DNA of 64,000 bases from a virus (taxonomy: Duplodnaviria; Caudoviricetes), in the IMG/VR virus record IMGVR_UViG_3300021379_000005, positions 1-64,000 of that record; one strand, written 5' to 3'. A program made the translations under genes and the position numbers. Of this stretch, positions 9,122 to 20,000 are shown one piece after another. The notes under the pieces are model-generated. The model was given only the letters and a program-made list of their open reading frames with translations, did not search any database and was not told the origin of the DNA. Each line of letters opens with the position of its first letter. Position 1 is the stretch's first letter.

Positions 9122-10309
9122 TTAGTACCATGTTTGAATTTCTGTGACTGTTCCGCCACCACCGCCGCCTTCACCTTCGGCTCCAGTACTGTCAATAATT
9201 CTTGCGCTGGTGTGACTTCTAGACCCAGATTGTAACTTGTTCAATTCGTTTAAATCGTAAGGAGTTAAATTACTGAAACTTCCTACTGAAATTCTTTTTT
9301 CTGTATTAAAGAATCCATCGTCTGGTAAGTTAGAAATAAGATCTTTTCTTGATGTGATACTTATTTGGTCAAAATAAACTAGGCGGCTTTGTTCGTCTAT
9401 AGTTTTTAATGTCAATCTTTCTGTTGGTAAAGTATTTGGTAAAATTTCTTTTGATACAGTTATAACATTAGTAGAGATTATATCTCCAACTTTAATGTTT
9501 GAATTATGATTGAATGTAGTAGACTCTTCATATTCTTCCACCATCAATCCTGCCGTTGGGACAGTTGTTGTTCTATCTGGATCAAACATATACATTGCAG
9601 AGTTGTTATCGAAGGTATATGTTCCTGCTGTAAATGTTCTTTCATAAACAGCTTCGTCTGATGAACTATCTTGAAGAATATTTCCAGCATTACCAATACT
9701 TGTCCAACCAGTTGTATCAACTGCGTTCCAGTTTGTCTGCCTTATCATATAAACGGTTGTTGTAAATGCAAAAGTAATATCAATTGCATCACTGGTATTA
9801 ATTTCTTGAGTTGCGACAAGTCCTTGTAAATCAACTCCAATATTTGATTGAGTATTCTGTAGATTATTATATGTAGTCCACCCATTTACTGGAATATACA
9901 ACTGCAATCCGTTCACTGCAATTCCAAGTGGTTGAGCCCAACTTGAAGACAATGTAATTCCACAGTTTGCAACACTTAAAGTATCAGTTGACGAAACTTG
10001 TTGATCTCCACCAGTAGAATTAATTGTGTAATATCCAAGTCCAAAGGTATGTGTATTTGGCGTTTCAAAGGGTGCGGAATCAGTTTCTACCAATAAAGGT
10101 AATGTTTCAAGAACAACCGAATGGTTTGGATTACTTCTTGAAACATTGATAGTTGTTATCGATTGATTTTCTGGGTCACCTACATATTTATCTGTTGGCA
10201 AGGAAGACCATGTATCACTAGTATCAGAGACATTTAGGTTGAATTTACCAAAATGTACTCCGATACCTTGTGTGTCTCCACCTTGTGACCTAATACTAAT
10301 TGCACCCAT
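9122..10309 (-). CDS. Putative virion protein (395 aa) with Gly-rich C-terminal Q-T-W peptide
   Basis: AAGGTG RBS; T/S-rich beta composition; ends GEGGGGGGTVTEIQTWY. Confidence 0.75.
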   Translation of the reverse strand: MGAISIRSQGGDTQGIGVHFGKFNLNVSDTSDTWSSLPTDKYVGDPENQSITTINVSRSNPNHSVVLETLPLLVETDSAPFETPNTHTFGLGYYTINSTGGDQQVSSTDTLSVANCGITLSSSWAQPLGIAVNGLQLYIPVNGWTTYNNLQNTQSNIGVDLQGLVATQEINTSDAIDITFAFTTTVYMIRQTNWNAVDTTGWTSIGNAGNILQDSSSDEAVYERTFTAGTYTFDNNSAMYMFDPDRTTTVPTAGLMVEEYEESTTFNHNSNIKVGDIISTNVITVSKEILPNTLPTERLTLKTIDEQSRLVYFDQISITSRKDLISNLPDDGFFNTEKRISVGSFSNLTPYDLNELNKLQSGSRSHTSARIIDSTGAEGEGGGGGGTVTEIQTWY

Positions 10310-10325
10310 TGGTTCACCTTAGTAG

Positions 10326-12140
10326 TTAAATCGAAACACTTGCTACAATATCACTCAATCCTGCACCAGTAATTACTACTGCCTGAGATACATCTGCAGT
10401 TGTAGATGTTGTTACTGTTGTAGATGTTGAACCACCACCAAAGTTCATAGTAGAACCATCAATTGTTAATGCAACATCAACTGCAATTCTATCTCCAGAT
10501 GCATTATATGCACTTATTGCAACGGTTGTGTTAATATCACTTCCTGCGTAATTATAGTTGGTTGCAGCAGGGGTAATACTAATTTTAACTGGAATAGAAG
10601 GAGTAATGATGTGCATTGATGCATAACTGTTGAACGAACCAACTTCAGTTGCCCAAATTCTATCGGTTGTATCTCTACCCAGTGATGTGAATTTGCCAGC
10701 ATATGTTGTAGTCAAAACCCATCCATCAACATTATTCCAGTTGAAGATATAAATTGCATTCTCGCCAATCACACCAAACATTGTTCTAGAATCATTTAAG
10801 AACACCATATTTCTTGGTGTTGCTGGAATTGTCACTGTAGAGTGATGCGTCAATTGTTTTGGATCTGCCGCATCCACTTGATATGTTACAACAGTTCTTG
10901 CAGTTGGTGTATTATCGTGACATTGATAGAAACCGTGAATTGGGAAAAGTGATAGATATCTATTTCCAGAAGAAACAAAAGTTTCATTATAGAAATACGC
11001 ACTCATATCAGACGAATCGCCCTGTCCACCTGTGTGGTTATTAAAGTGAGTAGAACTTGCATCACCAGTAATTGTAATATCAGAATTGTTGGTGAATGTA
11101 TCTGTAGATTTATCCCACTGATACCAGAATGGATGATAATTTAAGTTTGCATCAAGATATGGAACATAAAAGCACTTGTTTCCAGAGCTTGTTGGGTCAT
11201 CAAATGTGTGGGATGCCCATTTTACATGTCTACCAATTGTTGTTGTTGCTCTTGTACCACCATAGTTAGTTCCTGCAGCTGTTGGGGCAGTATTAAATCT
11301 ATGCAAATCAGTAGTTGTATTCGCACTCACATTGTGTTTTGTGATATACTGATCGTGATCGTTGTCTTGATTATTATACAAGTAAATTGGTTTACCATCT
11401 ACAGTAGACATACCGATATATTGAACACTATACGGAGCTCTCATGGTAGTATTCCAAGTATCGTTAGTATCACTATAGTCTAACATATAGTTTCTTCCCA
11501 ATCCCATGTGAGGTCTGGCACAACCCGAATCGTGTCTAACCTGTTGGCAGATATTAGAAACCCATTTTGTACCTACTTCTTCTTCAGTTGCCATTGTTGG
11601 GACGGTAATTTCACCAGACGAACCCTGCCCGTCATATCCCCAAGAAGTAGATGGTGATGCTTCATATAATTCTCTTGTTGGATTTAACCAAGAAATTTGA
11701 CGATACCAATTATAAAACATCGGACGGTTTTGCCAAACATAGAGGTCTGTGCCATCATCTGCAGTAATTCTCTGCATACCAGTTCCTCTTCTGGACTCTT
11801 CCATACTCAAATATTGAAAAAATGGAATATTCGTTACTCTGTGGTTTCCTACTGTGTTATCTTCTTGATTGCAATACGCAACTTCTTTACCAAGCGCCAT
11901 TGTCGATGCACCATCACCACTGCGTTGTTGGTAGGCATTATCATCGTTTCTATAAATGTTTTGGCCCCACAAAGAATCTTTTGCTTGGCCCGTGTACATA
12001 TACATAGAACCATTGAAGATAGGAGCAAGGGTTGATTTATTATGTCCTTCTGATTCTAAATAAATGGTGTTTGTGTTTGGATTAATGTCTTCGAACACTG
12101 AACACACATTTCTTTTACTTGCCTGTTTAATCTCTGCCAT
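10326..12140 (-). CDS. Putative fibre-tip/receptor-binding protein (604 aa), possibly beta-propeller plus C-terminal Ig-like domain
   Basis: GGAG RBS; beta-rich with propeller-like SLGRDTTDRIWA; Ig-like tail. Paralogue of 2-889. Confidence 0.75.
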   Translation of the reverse strand: MAEIKQASKRNVCSVFEDINPNTNTIYLESEGHNKSTLAPIFNGSMYMYTGQAKDSLWGQNIYRNDDNAYQQRSGDGASTMALGKEVAYCNQEDNTVGNHRVTNIPFFQYLSMEESRRGTGMQRITADDGTDLYVWQNRPMFYNWYRQISWLNPTRELYEASPSTSWGYDGQGSSGEITVPTMATEEEVGTKWVSNICQQVRHDSGCARPHMGLGRNYMLDYSDTNDTWNTTMRAPYSVQYIGMSTVDGKPIYLYNNQDNDHDQYITKHNVSANTTTDLHRFNTAPTAAGTNYGGTRATTTIGRHVKWASHTFDDPTSSGNKCFYVPYLDANLNYHPFWYQWDKSTDTFTNNSDITITGDASSTHFNNHTGGQGDSSDMSAYFYNETFVSSGNRYLSLFPIHGFYQCHDNTPTARTVVTYQVDAADPKQLTHHSTVTIPATPRNMVFLNDSRTMFGVIGENAIYIFNWNNVDGWVLTTTYAGKFTSLGRDTTDRIWATEVGSFNSYASMHIITPSIPVKISITPAATNYNYAGSDINTTVAISAYNASGDRIAVDVALTIDGSTMNFGGGSTSTTVTTSTTADVSQAVVITGAGLSDIVASVSI

Positions 12141-12152
12141 TTTCTCCGCTCC

Positions 12153-12380
12153 TTAAAAGTTTTCTTTAAACCAAGTCACAACTTCGTCAACTGTCGCCCA
12201 AGACGCTCTTGAACCGTCACCAAGTGGATTCCATGGTTGGTCTGCAATTTTGATGGCCTCACCATCTACTACTTTTGAAACACTTGCATGTTGGCCATCA
12301 AGGTCTGCTGTGTAGTTTTCTGTTACTGTGATTTCGTTACCGTCCTCATCAGTGGTAACTTTATCAATTGTAAAGTCCAT
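12153..12380 (-). CDS. Small acidic cassette protein (75 aa); paralogue of 893-1138
   Basis: AGGAG RBS; QPWNPLGDGSRASWATVDEVVTWFKE motif. Confidence 0.8.
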   Translation of the reverse strand: MDFTIDKVTTDEDGNEITVTENYTADLDGQHASVSKVVDGEAIKIADQPWNPLGDGSRASWATVDEVVTWFKENF

Positions 12381-12407
12381 TGTTATCTCCTATTATGTTT
12401 TTACTTC

Positions 12408-12415
12408 TATTTATA
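12408..12415 (-). promoter_or_regulatory. T4-type late promoter TATAAATA overlapping the stop codon of 12411-14090
   Basis: Exact motif, in the same cassette position as the 1172-1179 promoter. Confidence 0.75.
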
Positions 12416-14090
12416 CTTTTTTATATGTAAACTGCAGATAGAGGTCTTGGCCAACAGAGTTAGTTCCAATACTCGTAATATCAACTGTTAAATAATCCCC
12501 AGCATTCATTGTAAAAAATGGGGCAACAATATTTGTTGTTGTGGTATTTGGAGAAAATGAAACAGTTTTTACAGAAACTCCGTTATTCTTTACATCTATA
12601 CCTACAATATTATCTGCAGCGGTTCCAAGATTTGCTGAAATACCTGATATCTGTAAATCAAAAGGAGCATACCACCTTTTTGTACCAGTGATTACTTGTA
12701 AATCTCCGCCTTGATGCATGTTAATATTAAATACAGTTTCATCTTTAATCTTATCTGTTACTTGTGCAGTTGTTGGTTTGTCTGCAGTTTCAGTATTTAC
12801 TAGGTTCGCAATCTTTGATTGAAACTGAGAAGTAGAATCTAGGTATTCTCCCATGTCCTGCACTTTAAATTTTCCAGAAGAACCATCATAAACTAAACAT
12901 ACATTATCAATATCTGCAAGAGTTCTTTTAGGTCGTATTTCAACTGGAGTTGTGTGTCCGTCTTGATCGTGTTGGAAATATAAAACATAATTACCATCTA
13001 CATTTGTTTCTACTGCCAAGTCTTTAATTGTAATCATACCCCTCATAGGATTATGATTACCACACTGATAATATAATGTATCTGGTGCATCATTTGGAAC
13101 GGTAAATACCAAAGTTCCACTTTCATTTCTCGAACCTGTTACGCCAGAAGTGTATTCATCGACATAATTTCCTGCAGAATAATTAGTACCATCGTCTGTG
13201 GTTAAATAAAATGGATGACCAGAAAGTGATGAGTCTAAATTAAAAGTATATGTACCACCACGATAGAAGGGGCCAATATCTGGGTTATCCCCATGGGCAG
13301 AGCCCATGAATGTATATGCACCTGATGATACAAAAGAAACATTATATGATACACTAGGTGTATTTAAAGTTGGTAGTGTGATTGTAGATGGAACATTTAT
13401 GACAAGTCTTTGTACTTCTGTTGCATTTCCACCATTTATGTTTGGATTGGTAACTCCTGTCACACTGTCTGTAATTGTTGCCCATGAAACTAGATTATCG
13501 ATTCCTGCACCTTCTATCCATTTTAAATATATTTTATGAGTTTGAGTCATCGAACCATGAAGTTCATGTGCTGCAAAGTTATTGACTGTATAAGTTCCCT
13601 GATTATATAATGGAACATTTGATTGAACTAAATTAGTTATCTTAAGTCTACTATATGCAACTGATCCAGCTTCCCAAGTCCACTTCCAATGCATACCAGC
13701 GCCTGCATCTGGTGCATCTACATTTAATGTAAATATTTCATCTGATATTGTTACATCGATGTCAGATAATTCTTCTACTGCACTTGGAATTGTCGTGCCG
13801 TCAATAACAGTTCCAGCCGGCAACCCTAAAACTCCATTTTCATCCACAGACAAGGCAGTATCGCCCAAATAGATAGTGTTGCCACTCAAATAAATATCAC
13901 GGAATCTTTGTGTTGTACTTCCTAAATCATAAACTTCATTTGCATTTGGTAAAACATGCCCATTAACAACTGGTGGTGCGGTTGTAGATTGTTTTGCCCA
14001 TACACCTTTTGTAGAATTGTAAATATATACAATTCCATTTGCGGTAAAGTTGTCACCATTTGAGGGACTATCTGGAAAATTTACAGCCAT
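12411..14090 (-). CDS. Tail-fibre-like protein with cupredoxin-like domain (559 aa)
   Basis: MAVNFPDSPSNGD N-terminus; GHPFYL...LYYQCGNHNPMRG; high identity to 1186-3264. Confidence 0.85.
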   Translation of the reverse strand: MAVNFPDSPSNGDNFTANGIVYIYNSTKGVWAKQSTTAPPVVNGHVLPNANEVYDLGSTTQRFRDIYLSGNTIYLGDTALSVDENGVLGLPAGTVIDGTTIPSAVEELSDIDVTISDEIFTLNVDAPDAGAGMHWKWTWEAGSVAYSRLKITNLVQSNVPLYNQGTYTVNNFAAHELHGSMTQTHKIYLKWIEGAGIDNLVSWATITDSVTGVTNPNINGGNATEVQRLVINVPSTITLPTLNTPSVSYNVSFVSSGAYTFMGSAHGDNPDIGPFYRGGTYTFNLDSSLSGHPFYLTTDDGTNYSAGNYVDEYTSGVTGSRNESGTLVFTVPNDAPDTLYYQCGNHNPMRGMITIKDLAVETNVDGNYVLYFQHDQDGHTTPVEIRPKRTLADIDNVCLVYDGSSGKFKVQDMGEYLDSTSQFQSKIANLVNTETADKPTTAQVTDKIKDETVFNINMHQGGDLQVITGTKRWYAPFDLQISGISANLGTAADNIVGIDVKNNGVSVKTVSFSPNTTTTNIVAPFFTMNAGDYLTVDITSIGTNSVGQDLYLQFTYKKV

Positions 14091-14093
14091 TTA

Positions 14094-17000
14094 TTATCTC
14101 TCCATTAGTAACCAACCTTGAGTTGTGTTATAATAAACTAACCCAAATGCGGCCCTATCCGTTTCTATTATTAGATTATCTGCAGTACCTTGAATATTGC
14201 TTCCATTCCTATTTATGGTTATATTATTTATAGAGGCATTACCTGTCGCATCAATTATTCTAATTTCATCTCCTTGTGTTGGTGAAGATGGAAGTGTAAC
14301 AATAACCGCACTAGAACTACAATCAACAAACAGTTTATCACCAGCACTTGCAGTATAATCTGCAGATTGTTCTTGCCATTGTGGCGTAGATGTTGAATTA
14401 TTTTCTCCAGAAACACTGACCCACTGAGAATTGGTGCCATCGTTGTAATAAATAAGAAGAGTAGCATACTGACTATCAAACCACATATCACCAGCACTTG
14501 GTGATGTTGGTGCAGTATCAGATACTGTTACTGAGGCGCCTCCGCCACCCCCAGATAAGGAGGCACCAATAAGATTGACCCACTGTTCTGATGAACCATC
14601 ATCATAGCGGAAATATAATGAACCATCTGATGAATCAAACCAAAGACTGTTTACAACAGGATTTGTAGGTGCAGTGTCAGATGAAATAATTGGTGAAGTC
14701 GCACCTGATGGGTTTGATTGAATCCACTGTGACGATGTTCCATCATTGAAGTACACATACATCTTTGTGTTTGCGGAGTTGAACCAAAGGTCGCCAACAG
14801 AAGGAGAAGAAGGTGCGGTGTCGGATACAGAAACGGAAGCTCCACCTCCACCGCCAGAAGCAACATTACCCGGCTTCCAAACAGAATTTACGCTATCCCA
14901 AATAAGTGCCTGTCCATCTGTGGGTGATGTTGTTGTTAAATCTACATCCGTTAAATCGTCTAACGCAGACGGTACGGATGGTTTATTTGTTAAACTATTA
15001 TAGTCTCCGTCAAATGCATCTGTAATACCATAACCAGCGATAGTTGTTGGGGTTCCAGTGAGAGATGCCCAAGTTCCATCAAATACTTCTGATACATTTG
15101 CAAGTTCAATCCATGAACCACCGTGGGCATAATATGCCTTACCAGTTGCATGGACATGTGCAAACATTCCATGGTAAGATGCAGCTGAAGGTAAATCTCC
15201 AATAGTTGCATACACATTAGAGAACAGAACTTTATTAGTTCCTAAATCTAAATCTTGTCCTTCAACATGTGAGCGAACCCTTGCGTCTGTATAGTAAAGA
15301 TTTGTTCCTTCAGAAAGGTCAGTTGTAGATTTTGTCGTTAACCAAGAATCGGCAGTTGTATTAAAATCAGTAATTGCAAGTTTAGTTCCAATCAAGTTGG
15401 TAATTGTAGTTGCAAAGTTTGGATCATCACCAAGAGCCGCAGCAAGTTCATTAAGAGTATCTAATGTTGTTGGTGCAGAACTCACCAAGTTTGCAAGTTC
15501 AGTATCTACATATGAAACAGTTGCAAATGGTTGTGCAGCTCCACCACCAGTTGTATGTACTTGAAGAGCACCAGAATGTTCAGTGATAACAATACCACCA
15601 AGAGTAATACTATTTCCACTTAGATACAAATCTCTAAATTTATGAGTTGAACTACCCAAGTCATATGTTACATCTGTATCGGGAATAATATGTCCAGAAA
15701 CATCACCAAGTTTTGTTTGAACTCTGGAATCTGTGTAGTATAGATTTGTAGAACCTTCAGTTAAATCGTCCGTATCTTTTGTTGCAAAATCTGTGTTGAA
15801 GTCTGATGTTGCATAACCAGAAATGGTGCCAGGCACAAAATTTGTGCCATTAAATACAAGAGTTTGTCCATTTGTAGGTGCAGTTGTGGTTGTATCTACA
15901 TCCGTTAAGTCATCAAGAGAAGTTTGTCCTGCAGAATTTACAGAACCAGAAGCTTCAATCCACTGAGAGGACGAACCATCATTATAGTAAACATAAAGTC
16001 TGAGATTACTACTATTAAACCACAAGTCACCCTCAGATGGAGTACTTGGTGCTGCATCTGAAAGATGCACACTAGATGCAACATTTCCTGCAGCTTCGAC
16101 CCATTGTGATGAAGTTCCATCATTGTAGTAAATATAAGTTTTTAGTTCTGAAGAATCAAACCATAAATCTCCGTCACTTGGATTTGAAGGCGCAATATCG
16201 GAAACATCAATAGAAGAACCACTGGCGGCCGCACCAGGCACCCACTTACTATTCGTATTATCCCAAACAAGTGCCTGCCCATCCGTTGGTGTTGTGGTTG
16301 AAGTATCTACATCAGAAAGGTCATCAATAGAAGAACCAGAAACAATATTCGCAGCTGCGATTCTTGCATCAACTCTTGCATCAGTGTAATATAGATTTGT
16401 ACCTTCAGTTAAATCTGTAGTTGTTTTGCCAGCAAATGCAGAATTAAATCTTGTCTGAGTATAATAAAGATTTGTAGAACCTTCCGAAAGATTATCTGTA
16501 GTTAGGCCAGATAGATCTTGAAGATATCTTCCATCCAGACTTACAGTTGCAGCGGTGGATGCATCATCTCTAGTAAGAGTTAATGTTCCATTTGTAAATG
16601 TTGCACTATTAATTCTTGAAAGATTTGTATCATCAAATAGAGGACTAAAATCAATAGTAAATGTTGTTGCATCATCTCTAGTGAATGTTGCAATACCAGT
16701 AGTTCCATTTAATGTACCACTTACTAATCTTGCAAGATTTGTATCATCCAAGTAGAGAGATAAATCAATATTTGTTGTATTACCATCTTCATCTGTATAT
16801 GTCAGAACATTTCCTGCAATTCCAAGTGAAGTCAGTGTTTCTGTCGCAATTCCTTGTGCGGTTAAATATGATTGAACTCTTGCGTCTGTATAGTAAAGAT
16901 TTGTACCTTCAGAAAGGACAGTTGTGGATTTCGTTCCAAAGTCCGTATCAAAGTCAGAAGAGTCATATGGATTAGATGCAGTAATTCTAGCATCAACTCT

Positions 17001-20000
17001 TGCATCAGTGTAATAAAGATTTGTAGAACCTTCTGAAACATCATCAGTATTAGTTGGTAGTTCAGATACATTTGCAAGTTCTACCCACTGTCCATTATGG
17101 GCATAATATGCCTTTCCTGTACCGTGTACATGTGCAAACATGCCGTGGTAAGATGAAGCACTTGGCAAATCACCAGTATTTGCATAAACATTAGAAAATA
17201 AGATCTTATTCGAACCCATATCAAGGTCGGCGCCTTGGATGTGAGTTCTAACTCTTGCATCAGTATAGTAAAGATTTGTACCTTCAGAAAGGTCAGTTGT
17301 GGATTTCGTTCCAAAGTCCGTATCAAAATCTGTACTTGTATAACCCGAAATAGTGCCTGGTACAAAAGTTGTACCATTGAATATGAGAGTTTGTCCATTG
17401 GTTGGTGCAGTTGTAGTCGTATCCACATCACTAAGGTCATCAAGAACTAAGGCACCAATATTTGTTGTCAGTGAATCTATTTGACTTTGTAAATTTAAAT
17501 CTGCCTGTTCTCTGTCATATACTTCATCATCTAAATCTGAAGAAATACTTGCAATTTGTGCTGTGACATATGAAGTTGTAGCATATCCTGTACCAGACAA
17601 ATAAGAGGCAACTCTTGCATCAGTATAGTAAAGGTTGGTATTACCTTCCGTTAAATCGTCTGTGTCTTTTGTTGCAAACCGTGTGTCAAAATATGAATTA
17701 ATTTCATTACCAAGATTAATAAATCCAAAATTACTATTTCCAGCGTCATATAATAAAACATCTCCACTTGCTGGTGTATCAACTGCATCTACATCCGATA
17801 AGTCTTGTATACTTGCAGTATTAATACGAGTATCTGCATATGTGTTTACTTCAGTTGCAAAATCGACTGGTAGAAATTCACTACCATCATACAGAAGGAA
17901 ATCTCCAGTCGCAATTCCAGTTGTATTTACATCATTCAATACTCCAATATTTGCAGCAGCAACTCTAGCGTCCGCCCTAGCGTCTGTATAGTAAAGATTT
18001 GTACCTTCAGTTAAATCTGTAGTAGACTTTCCAGAAAAGTCTGTATCAAAATCAGAAGAATCATATGGATTGGATGCAGTAATTCTAGCATCAACTCTTG
18101 CATCAGTGTAATAAAGATTTGTAGAACCTTCGGAAATGTCATCGGTAGTTCCAGACAATTCTGATAATTGATCTTTTGTTGCAATTGCAGAATCGACATA
18201 GGATTTTGTGGCCGCATCAGATGGGTCAGAAGGCGTTCCAACATTATAAATTCTAAATGCATTTACATTGATTTTACCACCAGTGTTAGCTTCTAGTTCT
18301 AAGTCAGTCTGTCCGTTGTTTGCTGGTAAATATTTTTGTCCATAGAAGAATGGTTGGCCACTATTATTTTTGATTGCCATACCAGCTGAGCCAGTCGCAG
18401 TTCCGACACCAAAGTATGCGTTATTTGTTCTTAACTGTATTCTGTCTGCAGCTGCATTCGATTCAAGATATGTTTCAACTCTAGAATCAGTATAATAAAG
18501 ATTTGTAGAACCCTCAGACAAATCATCAGTAGTTTTATTTGCAAGTGAGAGATTAACACCTGTTTGAATTGCAATTCTTGCGTCAACTCTAGCATCTGTA
18601 TAATAAAGATTTGTTCCCTCAGTTAAATCGGTGGTTGTCTTACCAGTTAACCAACTATCAGCAGTTGTATTAAAATCTGCTGTTGCAAGTTTTGTTCCAA
18701 TCAAATTAGTAATTGTAGTACTAAAGTTTGGATCATCTCCCAAGGCAGCTGCAAGTTCGTTTAGTGTATCTAATGTAGTTGGAGAAGAATCTACTAAGTT
18801 TGCAACTGCAGTGTCAACATAAGTTTCTGTTGCAAATGCTTCTGTACTGCCACTTGTAGTTACCTCAAGGGCCCCATTATTGTCAGATAATTGTAAAGTT
18901 CCAAGATAGATAGAACTTCCACTCAAATAAATGTCTTTGAACCTATTTGTATTGCTACCCAAATCATAAGTAACATTTGTATCTGGAACGATACTACCAG
19001 AAAGATTCGATAGATAATTTTGTACAGAGGTATTTAATGATGCAGTAGTTGCTTGATTGTTTGAATCACCAATAAAGATATTACCGTCATTTAGATTAGG
19101 TACAGCATTTGTGCGTCCTGCACCCATAATAACGCCGGCGCCGTTGGATGCATGAACTTTTGTGACACGGCCTAAGTTTTGTAATAGATTACTTTCACCA
19201 ACTGGAGGGGTATTTGTGTAACCACCACCGACTGCAACATAAATTGTGTCTCCTTCGTTGAACGCACTTGTATCAACTCCAGAAATTTTACCCATATGGA
19301 TAACAAATCCAGTAGCACCTGATACTAAATCTTGTTCTAAAACACCAACCGCTGGCATTGTAGTTGAACTACTTGCATCAGCTGGTGCAATTGTCATTGC
19401 ATTGCCACTTGTTCCTGTTTGATAAACAGGTGTGCCTTTAAGAATAGTTGACCCAGTTTGGTTTGTTACTTCAGTATGAATTGTGTCTAAATTTTCAAAC
19501 GATAACGTACCGCTGCCATCTGTCATAATAACTTGGCGATTTGTACCATCTGCAACTGGCAGACTATAACCATCTGCACTAATATTAGTAATATTAAATG
19601 TATTAGCGTTTAAGTTACCACCAAGTGTTGGAGTTATATCTTCAACAATTTCGTTTATACTAACAGCCTGAACCCTAGCATCTGTATAGTAAAGATTTGT
19701 AGAGCCTTCTGGTAAGTCGTCCGTAGAACCTAATGAAGATGCCGCAATTCTTGCATCAACTCTTGCATCCGTATAATAAAGATTTGTAGAACCCTCTACT
19801 AAATCGTCCGTGTCTTTTGTTGCGAATCTTGTATCAAATCTTGTATCAGTGTAGTAAAGGTTATTATTACCTTCTGGGATTGCATCCGTATCCTGTGCAA
19901 TACCCCCTGACGCCTCGACCCATTGTGCTGAGGAACCGTCATTGTAATATATGTACAGTTTAAGGTTATTATCGTTAAACCAAAGGTCGCCGTCTGAAGG

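Noticed and set aside
1800-13620. Possible diversity-generating retroelement TR/VR pair (similar blocks in two fibre genes)
   Set aside because: Differences are mostly synonymous third positions and not adenine-specific, both copies are internal to intact genes, and no reverse transcriptase lies in the window.
1-14090. Invertase-driven shufflon of fibre tips
   Set aside because: All cassettes are co-oriented and full-length; I saw no inverted crossover sites and no recombinase gene.
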